This document shows positions 57,130 through 64,000 of a DNA stretch of 64,000 bases, in pieces. Below the pieces are notes generated by a model. The model worked only from the letters and a program-made list of their open reading frames with translations, was not told where the DNA came from and ran no database searches. A program made the position numbers and the translations under genes. The stretch is from a virus. Location: positions 37,885 to 101,884 of IMG/VR virus record IMGVR_UViG_3300040801_005040; one strand, given 5' to 3'. Positions within the stretch are counted from its first letter, which is position 1, and every line of letters begins with the position of its first letter.

Positions 57130-57267
57130 ATGAAAAGACAATATTTTAAAACCAGCCTTTATAAGAGGCTGCGGGATTGTATTGACCAAAATAAAGAATT
57201 TACTCTTGTAAACCCTAGCGAAGCTCAATGGATACTCAGATTGATTGGCAAAAAAGATAGAAAATGA
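57130..57267 (+). CDS. Small hypothetical protein (45 aa)
   Basis: Hand translation MKRQYFKTSLYKRLRDCIDQNKEFTLVNPSEAQWILRLIGKKDRK; ATGA overlap with the next gene. Confidence 0.5.
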   Translation: MKRQYFKTSLYKRLRDCIDQNKEFTLVNPSEAQWILRLIGKKDRK

Positions 57268-57506
57268 AAACACTTGAAGAACAGGTAGAGGAGTTTTACC
57301 AAAACAACAGGGAGGAACATCTAAAAAAAACCATAGGAACCTCTGATTTTTGCAAATCAATGATGTCCGCCTTCCACAAACACGCTTTGGAGGAGAAGAT
57401 GAAAGAAATTGAATTAAAGCAGGATGTGCGTCCCGATGGAGAATGGCATAAGGGTTACGATGCAGGCATTAGATTTTCAATAGAAATCCTAAACCAAGAG
57501 AAATGA
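57264..57506 (+). CDS. Hypothetical protein
   Basis: Ends EILNQEK in the junction repeat. Confidence 0.6.
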   Translation: MKTLEEQVEEFYQNNREEHLKKTIGTSDFCKSMMSAFHKHALEEKMKEIELKQDVRPDGEWHKGYDAGIRFSIEILNQEK

Positions 57507-57592
57507 AAGAAGATCAAAATGATTTAGCAGTAATGACAATCATATTTGCTTTTATCGTTATGGTAATGGTAATGGTAATAGTGCTAAACTAA
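57503..57592 (+). CDS. Small membrane peptide (29 aa)
   Basis: MKEDQNDLAVMTIIFAFIVMVMVMVIVLN between two junction repeats. Confidence 0.45.
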   Translation: MKEDQNDLAVMTIIFAFIVMVMVMVIVLN

Positions 57593-57597
57593 GAGAA

Positions 57598-58005
57598 ATG
57601 AAACGAGAAATAAGATTTAGGGTTTGGGATACCAAAAACAAAATAATGGTTACCGACAAAAATTGGGAGCAATACAAGAACAATAGTACGCTTGGATATG
57701 AATATTGTAAAGATGAGTGGTATCCTGTATATCAGGTGCTTGAAATGATTTTTCCGGTTATTTCCGATCAGTTTGAAAAGATGCAATTCACCGGACTAAA
57801 GGATAAAAACGGAAATGAGATTTATGAGGGTGACGTATTGTCGATAAATGACTTTTCGTGTCCAGTTACATTTAGCGACGGATGCTTTCAATTAAAAAGC
57901 AGTCCGAATCAAGGCACAAGCCCGCTAACTGGCGAAAGAGCTTCAAGGCTTAAAGTCATTGGCAATATTTACCAACACCCTGAACTACTGAACCAAGAGA
58001 AATGA
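57598..58005 (+). CDS. YopX family protein
   Basis: MKREIRFRVWD...MQFTGLKDKNGNEIYEGDVL...VIGNIYQHPELL. Confidence 0.9.
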   Translation: MKREIRFRVWDTKNKIMVTDKNWEQYKNNSTLGYEYCKDEWYPVYQVLEMIFPVISDQFEKMQFTGLKDKNGNEIYEGDVLSINDFSCPVTFSDGCFQLKSSPNQGTSPLTGERASRLKVIGNIYQHPELLNQEK

Positions 58006-58118
58006 GAGAACACGGGACGGTACTTTGTAAATCCATAGGCCGGGAAATGGGCGGGAAAATAGCTGAATCAATAAAGCCCCCTGTATCGTCCCTAATAAAA
58101 TTAAACCAAGAAAAATGA
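58002..58118 (+). CDS. Small hypothetical protein (38 aa)
   Basis: MREHGTVLCKSIGREMGGKIAESIKPPVSSLIKLNQEK, bounded by junction repeats. Confidence 0.45.
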   Translation: MREHGTVLCKSIGREMGGKIAESIKPPVSSLIKLNQEK

Positions 58119-58642
58119 AACCCGAACAAATAGAACAAAAGCTGTTAGAACTTGGCGCAACAAGAGAAAAGTATGACTTTCGTGATGATGATGATTATTA
58201 CTTAGATCTCAAAATAAGCGAATTAATTTCATACGTTTATGAACCTGACACTAATGTGGGTTACTTTTATTATGAGGGTGGAGAAATAGACACTCTTGAC
58301 ATGAAAGAAGTTGAAAGAACACTTAATTTTTTTAAATTAAAAGAAAAAAAAGAAATGGAAAAATTAGATGACGAAGATGAAATAATGTCGATGCTTGTTG
58401 GATATGCTTCTGCTTATGAAAGTAAAAGGTTACCAATAGACGAAATTAAATTAGATACTGCGGTTAGTTTTATCATGGATTTTATTTTAAATAATAGGAA
58501 TGAAAAGGCAGAAATTCTCACTGAAATTCTAAATAAATGGGATGATGCTGCCATAGACAAATGGTATGGTATGCAACATTCTAATTCTGGAGTCAGATCA
58601 AGCCTAAAGAAGCTTAGAGACGAAATTTTAAACCCTGAATAA
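58115..58642 (+). CDS. Hypothetical protein
   Basis: Bounded by junction repeats. Confidence 0.6.
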   Translation: MKPEQIEQKLLELGATREKYDFRDDDDYYLDLKISELISYVYEPDTNVGYFYYEGGEIDTLDMKEVERTLNFFKLKEKKEMEKLDDEDEIMSMLVGYASAYESKRLPIDEIKLDTAVSFIMDFILNNRNEKAEILTEILNKWDDAAIDKWYGMQHSNSGVRSSLKKLRDEILNPE

Positions 58643-59019
58643 TGAAAACACTATTATTTATACTATTCCCTTTTCTGGTGAGTAGTCAAGTCAAAGAGTT
58701 AAAACCATATACTGGCTGGGATGGTCAGGATATAGACAAAGGATACCAATATATAAATGATTTGTATCAGTCATATTATAAAAATCTCAATATTAATATG
58801 ACTACAAATACTCAAGGATATATTGATATTATGGGACAAAAGGATGGAAAGCCATTTATAGAACAATTGTACTATAATGCTACTGAGATTTCACCTAATA
58901 ACTATAATGTTGAAATACAATCTTTGAGTCCTGTATTTGATCATACAAGATTTATTGAAGGTTACTTACAAACTAATATAATTGGGTCTCAACCCAGAGA
59001 AAAAAAAGGGGGGTATTAA
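58642..59019 (+). CDS. Hypothetical secreted protein
   Basis: MKTLLFILFPFLVSS|Q Bacteroidota-type signal peptide followed by Gln. Confidence 0.55.
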   Translation: MKTLLFILFPFLVSSQVKELKPYTGWDGQDIDKGYQYINDLYQSYYKNLNINMTTNTQGYIDIMGQKDGKPFIEQLYYNATEISPNNYNVEIQSLSPVFDHTRFIEGYLQTNIIGSQPREKKGGY

Positions 59020-59030
59020 CCCCCTTTTTT
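59000..59030. terminator. Bidirectional terminator at the convergence of the two transcription arms
   Basis: A-tract-GGGGG..TATTAA..CCCCC-T-tract. Confidence 0.8.
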
Positions 59031-62000
59031 ACTGTGTCTCCTTGCTATAATCTTCGATAATATAATCAAGCCACCTAACGCCTATTGCGAGTTTTTTACT
59101 GTAGTATAATTTTCCTTTTTTATCTTCTTTAGGGTCATCAGATACTCCAAATGGAAGCATAAGGGTATCCATTGTTTCATCAACAGTATTAGTTGTAAGA
59201 CCTATCATATTTTCCATTAAAGAGAAAATTGGAACAGGATCTTTAATAAGAGCATTAAATGAAGTTGGATTTGAAAAGAATGACAATTCAAGATAGGCCC
59301 TGTTAGCAAGTTTCTGGAACTGGCGGGTAGCAAAGTATTTTTTGTAGTCTGCTCTTCCATCATCATCCCAATCTCCTCCAAGTGCAGCCAGCATAACAAA
59401 GAATGCAGCAATCATCCTTGTTTCTACCATTGCTTCCCTGATAGTTCTTTCTCGTAAGGCAAGATATTCTTCTTCGCTTATTTTATCTGCCATATCAGGA
59501 TTATCTATTTTCCATTGCTCATATTGTTTTTTAAGCAGTGCAGTGTCTCCTTTATATTTATAAGCACCAAGAGTTACTACGTCAAGGGCAATTTTTTTAA
59601 TGTTAGGTATGAACTTATCTTTTGCGAGAGTTTTAAGTAGAGACCTGTATCTTCCATATTCCCATTCTTTTATCTCATCAGTATATTTCATGGAACCATA
59701 CCTTTCTTCTACCATTGGTGCAACCCAACTACGGAATTGTAAGAGAACTTGTCCTGCAAGATCCGTTTGCATTCCAGAGATATCCTCTTGTGTATTGGTA
59801 CCTTTTATTTGACGAGTAACGTATTTTACTCTTCCACGGAAATCATCAAAAGCCTGATTTGACAAACCTTCAATGGATATTTTATCTCCCTCTCTCTTAA
59901 CTCTTTCTAACAGTGATTTACTGCCAGCAGGGAGAGTATTGAGACGTTGAATGTTTCCATCTGCATCTAATCCATAGTTTTGAAGCATAGCTATCAGGAC
60001 AGTGTTTCCAATTGCTTCATCTCCTTTTTGTTGTAACAGATAGATTTTATCATAAGTAAGATTACGAGTAATACTGCTGGCAGAAAGTCTTGCAGCATCT
60101 CTTTGTATCCAGTTTTCCTTTTCCACTTTAAAGTACTCTGCCATATGATGGAAAAGGTTTTGGTCTGCCCCCCTGTTTACCATCATACTCCTGGCTTTGG
60201 AAAGCTGTTCTTTATTAAAATACAGCCCTCCAGAAGCTTTAATAAACATGTTGGCATATCCACCCATCAAGTTACCAAAAGCAGAGATGTAGTTCCATCC
60301 CAGAGCCTTTGCAGAGAGGAATGCCATTGCTTGTTTGACAGTTTTAGTACCAGAATAGACTTTGCCCTTAACTTCATAAGTAAAATCCTGACCTTGTAGC
60401 TTATTATTGTAAACAAGCCCTTTAATTAGCTTTTCAAAAGTTTTTAGGTTTGTATCAGATTTCTTTAACTTAAATCCTGTTTTAGTTTCATTTGGAACAG
60501 GTCTTCCCCTAAAATCAGTTTCAATGACATCCTGCTCGCTAAGGTGTAACTTAAGCAAATCCATTATATGCTGGATGTTACTCATATGATGCTTGCGATA
60601 TACACTTTCTGCAAAGAGAATCATGCTTGAAGTAAGGTCTTCACTTTTCTTGGCAGTGTTCACTTCCCAATCTCCTTCAGCGTTTTTATAAAGGAAGTTG
60701 TCATAAAACATAAGTGGAATTACATCTCCATCGCCAGTTTCCATAATATCATTTTGGCGTACTCGTAATCCATTTATCATTTCATTCCACCCTTCCGTAA
60801 CTGAAACTGTACCCCCCTGTGCAAATACATCAACAATATCTTTTTGAATATTAGGGATAAAGCTTTTACCTATTCTTTCTGGCACTAGCTTATTGAAATG
60901 CTTATTTTTCTCAACAAACCAGTCGTAATATTCTTTAAGCGCTTTATTGGAAGGCTCTAAGAGGGTTTTATATTCAGCACTATACCATTTAGTAGGGTCT
61001 TTTACTTGAGCATAAGAAGACAGGGCATATTTGTTAAGCCATGCACTATCTCTTGAAAGGTCATTTTGAGCTAACCATTTTTCAGTAAACCATTCTCTTG
61101 CTTTCTGGCTTGGTACAGTAAGTTCAATGCTTGATGTAAATTGCTTTAACGCTTCTTTAAACTTTGCTTTTCCCTCTTCAGAATAAGCGTAATTATCCTT
61201 TAACCATTTAATGTCTTCTTTTTCAAGAGCCTGTGTTTTTTTCTCGTAAAACTCCTTAGAGAATACGAAAATCAAGTTTTTGGTAGCAGGATTTATGATT
61301 TTACGATATGCTTGTATAAGCGACATTCCTCTGCCTGCAGCCCATGTTGCAAGAGCATTTCTTTTTTCTTCAGCTTCTTTTACAATGCCTTCAACATCCC
61401 TGTTTATATTACCAAAAGATTCTTTGATATACCGTCTGGCAATCTCAAAAGCAGGCTGTCCAATTTTTGAAAGAAAGGCTACATTACGAAGGAATCCAAG
61501 TTCACGTTGAGGTTTTTTAATGTCTTCGTGTTCATCTTCAAGTATTTCTCGTATTTTACTCATAATCGTACTTTGCAAGTGCGACATGCGAGAAAATTCA
61601 AGAGCTGCTTTTTGTTTATTTTCCCTGTCTGGAACAGACTCTATAATATCATCTTTGAGTGCAGCAAGAGCTTGCATTTCCATGTACATATTATAAAGTT
61701 TCTTAGCATCATCCAGAGAATTCATTTTCTGAAGCACTTTAGCTTCATTTTTCAATAAATTATTTAATGTGTCAAGAAGCGGAGTAACATCGTGGTTTAC
61801 TTGAATTGACTGGATGGTTTTTGATAGCTGGTCTTTTTGTATACTTAACTTTTCAACTTTTTCCCTATCTGTGTAGCTTTTTGCTATCATTGCATCAAGC
61901 ATGTCATTTTGCTTGAACAATGTAGTGAGAATTCTGTCGAGGGTTTCATTCCCAGTAAGCTCTTTGTCTACAGGAAGCGGTTTAGTAAAAGTTTTATCAT

Positions 62001-64000
62001 CATTGAAAGGATTAAGATCTGATACTTCAAAGATGGGTAAACCTTGTTTATTGTATTTAAATTGAATATTATTAGGTAAAATGCGTGTTTCCCTAAAATT
62101 GGTAATTCCAATTTGACGAAGCATGTTTTTGTAGATTCCTATCTGTGCTTCATATGACCTGCGCTTATAGAAAGGAACTTGAGATTCAGGATCAAGGATC
62201 CATTGATTTCCTATAAGCTGCTTTTTATAGTTAATGAACTTAAAGTCAAAAATTGAAGCGCTACCATCAGAGAATATTACTACCACATCCATTGTACCAG
62301 CAGTATCTATTCCTCTTACTTCTCCACGAAGTACTTGTTCAGTATGGATGGATGCTGTTCCATTTTCATCAATGCTTTTCTGCATTTCAGAGATATGGGA
62401 AAGCAATGTATCTGCAGCTTTAGCCATGCTATCCATATGGGATTTTTTCATTCCTTCAGGAATTTCAGAAACCTGAGCTGCAGTAAATGTTTTACCTGTA
62501 CCAGAAGTAAGGTTACTGTATTTTGCAATACCAAAGTTTGTAAACCTTTCATACATGTCATGAAGGTTTATACCAAAATGCTTTGCTACTTTACTTCTTG
62601 GGTCATTTTGAATTTTTTCAATCTCAGAAGCAGATTTTTTGCTTTTAAACTGCTCTTGTTCTACAATCATTGTAACACGCTGCGGAATTACTTTCCCTTC
62701 CTGGGTTATGTAGAATTCCCTTCCTTCAGCGTCAATGAATTTTTCAGTCTTTATTTCAGACCTAATGTCTTTAAGCTTTTGTACTGCTTCAGCTTGACTT
62801 GCTGCTTTCTGATAAAAATCTTTTACAGGATTTACTTTTTTTCCATTTCTTTTAAAGTAATAAGAACCAGTGGTACTTTCAGCAATTTCTATGTTACCCA
62901 TACCATTCCTGTTTAAATCAATGCGTAATTGATCAGGATTAATGGCTGCAGGCATAAATCCACTGGTAGACATGTTATAAGAGAGGCCTATGTCACGTAA
63001 AGTCCTCAGTTGATATACTTCACTGGTAGATTCCTGAGTTACAGGTGAAAATTTCCTATCAAGGATGTCTTGCGCAGTTTTTTCAAAAATGTCCATTTGC
63101 TTATTGACATTTTCAAAACTGAATTTAGAGAAAAGTCTTTTTAGTATGTTTAATAAACGAGACCACCAATTATCAACAGTATTCCTTTGTTCTCTTGTAA
63201 GAGGTTGTTTTTTAATTATGTGCTCTGCTATCAGCTTACCAACTGCTTCAAACCTAAAGTCTTCTTCTTTACTATAAGTATCTGCATATTCTACTTTGAC
63301 CCTGTCATAAACCTCATAATTTGAGATTTGTGACATCATCTGTTTCATAATGGGATGATCCATACCAAGCATCCCTGTAATCATGTGAGAAGCTTCCTCA
63401 GCAAGAGTGTCTGTCTTTCTATCTTTAGTAAGTTGAATTACTTGTGATACAAGGCTTGCTTTACCATATGCATTTACAGGATTTCCTTCAGCATCAGTAA
63501 TTTGATTTACATATTGCACATCTACACCCAGATCTTTCAGGTAAGACATGAGCTCTTTTTCAAGCTGAGGATTTATCTGATTGACTTCCCCATTACTTAA
63601 TTGGAAATAATCAGATTCTTGTCCTACCTCACCAGGAGGGGGTGGAGCAGGAGGGTTTACCTGACTACCTAAAACTTGCTGGGATGTTCCAACTATATCG
63701 TATATCTGACTGTAATCAAGAAGGTTTTCTGCACCTTTTTGTCTTACAGATAGTTTGTTTCCATTTTCATCCTCTCCTATAAAGGTAAATTTTCCACTAG
63801 CCCTGTCTTTTGTGACTTTAAAAGGAGTAACTTGCCCTTTTCTATACTGATAATCTTTATAAAATTCATTAAGGTTATTCAGGATAAAAAGCTGTCTGAA
63901 ACTTTCAATCCTTTTTGTTGTATTGAGAGATGCTTTCTTTATTGCAGGCCCGACTATTCGCATATAGTCTTCAGCAGGCATATACTTTACAATGTTATAG
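59029..64000 (-). CDS. Giant virion/ejected protein (crAss-like), 5'-truncated; zincin-like and PD-(D/E)XK-like domains
   Basis: Frame stays open from 63981 to the window edge; TLAEEASH..EAVGKLI (zincin-like); AGTMDVVV..DG...IFDFKF..YEAQIGIYK (nuclease); long helical C-terminus with LLQFRSW. Confidence 0.75.
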   Translation of the reverse strand, partial: YNIVKYMPAEDYMRIVGPAIKKASLNTTKRIESFRQLFILNNLNEFYKDYQYRKGQVTPFKVTKDRASGKFTFIGEDENGNKLSVRQKGAENLLDYSQIYDIVGTSQQVLGSQVNPPAPPPPGEVGQESDYFQLSNGEVNQINPQLEKELMSYLKDLGVDVQYVNQITDAEGNPVNAYGKASLVSQVIQLTKDRKTDTLAEEASHMITGMLGMDHPIMKQMMSQISNYEVYDRVKVEYADTYSKEEDFRFEAVGKLIAEHIIKKQPLTREQRNTVDNWWSRLLNILKRLFSKFSFENVNKQMDIFEKTAQDILDRKFSPVTQESTSEVYQLRTLRDIGLSYNMSTSGFMPAAINPDQLRIDLNRNGMGNIEIAESTTGSYYFKRNGKKVNPVKDFYQKAASQAEAVQKLKDIRSEIKTEKFIDAEGREFYITQEGKVIPQRVTMIVEQEQFKSKKSASEIEKIQNDPRSKVAKHFGINLHDMYERFTNFGIAKYSNLTSGTGKTFTAAQVSEIPEGMKKSHMDSMAKAADTLLSHISEMQKSIDENGTASIHTEQVLRGEVRGIDTAGTMDVVVIFSDGSASIFDFKFINYKKQLIGNQWILDPESQVPFYKRRSYEAQIGIYKNMLRQIGITNFRETRILPNNIQFKYNKQGLPIFEVSDLNPFNDDKTFTKPLPVDKELTGNETLDRILTTLFKQNDMLDAMIAKSYTDREKVEKLSIQKDQLSKTIQSIQVNHDVTPLLDTLNNLLKNEAKVLQKMNSLDDAKKLYNMYMEMQALAALKDDIIESVPDRENKQKAALEFSRMSHLQSTIMSKIREILEDEHEDIKKPQRELGFLRNVAFLSKIGQPAFEIARRYIKESFGNINRDVEGIVKEAEEKRNALATWAAGRGMSLIQAYRKIINPATKNLIFVFSKEFYEKKTQALEKEDIKWLKDNYAYSEEGKAKFKEALKQFTSSIELTVPSQKAREWFTEKWLAQNDLSRDSAWLNKYALSSYAQVKDPTKWYSAEYKTLLEPSNKALKEYYDWFVEKNKHFNKLVPERIGKSFIPNIQKDIVDVFAQGGTVSVTEGWNEMINGLRVRQNDIMETGDGDVIPLMFYDNFLYKNAEGDWEVNTAKKSEDLTSSMILFAESVYRKHHMSNIQHIMDLLKLHLSEQDVIETDFRGRPVPNETKTGFKLKKSDTNLKTFEKLIKGLVYNNKLQGQDFTYEVKGKVYSGTKTVKQAMAFLSAKALGWNYISAFGNLMGGYANMFIKASGGLYFNKEQLSKARSMMVNRGADQNLFHHMAEYFKVEKENWIQRDAARLSASSITRNLTYDKIYLLQQKGDEAIGNTVLIAMLQNYGLDADGNIQRLNTLPAGSKSLLERVKREGDKISIEGLSNQAFDDFRGRVKYVTRQIKGTNTQEDISGMQTDLAGQVLLQFRSWVAPMVEERYGSMKYTDEIKEWEYGRYRSLLKTLAKDKFIPNIKKIALDVVTLGAYKYKGDTALLKKQYEQWKIDNPDMADKISEEEYLALRERTIREAMVETRMIAAFFVMLAALGGDWDDDGRADYKKYFATRQFQKLANRAYLELSFFSNPTSFNALIKDPVPIFSLMENMIGLTTNTVDETMDTLMLPFGVSDDPKEDKKGKLYYSKKLAIGVRWLDYIIEDYSKETQ

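Noticed and set aside
57489-58120. CRISPR array
   Set aside because: Repeats are 20 bp, degenerate, irregularly spaced (95-400 bp) and separated by ORFs; no cas genes

Overview
About 64 kb of a lytic tailed phage genome with crAss-like (Crassvirales-type) organisation and standard genetic code. The host is probably Bacteroidota/Flavobacteriia, inferred from TANNTTTG promoter motifs, A-rich translation starts without Shine-Dalgarno, and the gene content. The left arm (1-27.3 kb, minus strand) is the virion module: lyase and carbohydrate-binding tail or receptor proteins, two Mtd-N-type fibres, ring/auxiliary proteins, major capsid protein, scaffold-like protein, portal, terminase, a divergent GroES, an IHF-like protein, a tRNA(CAU) and a candidate ~260-nt structured ncRNA. 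After a strand switch at ~27.5 kb, the plus strand carries small early genes interleaved with structured RNA elements. The replication block follows: RNase H, SF2 helicase, DnaB, GIY-YIG nuclease, an apparently permuted P-loop ATPase, GroEL, SSB, primase, rIIA/macro/rIIB, UDG, RusA-like, PD-(D/E)XK, MazG and PolB. A cassette-like variable region and the 3' part of a giant virion protein (minus strand) end the window. The strongest finding is a phage tmRNA (34526-35522; G3-U70; 25-aa tag ending VAA) whose T-loop is interrupted by a 669-nt group I intron carrying a single-motif LAGLIDADG homing endonuclease on the antisense strand. All calls come from motif recognition by eye; no searches were run.
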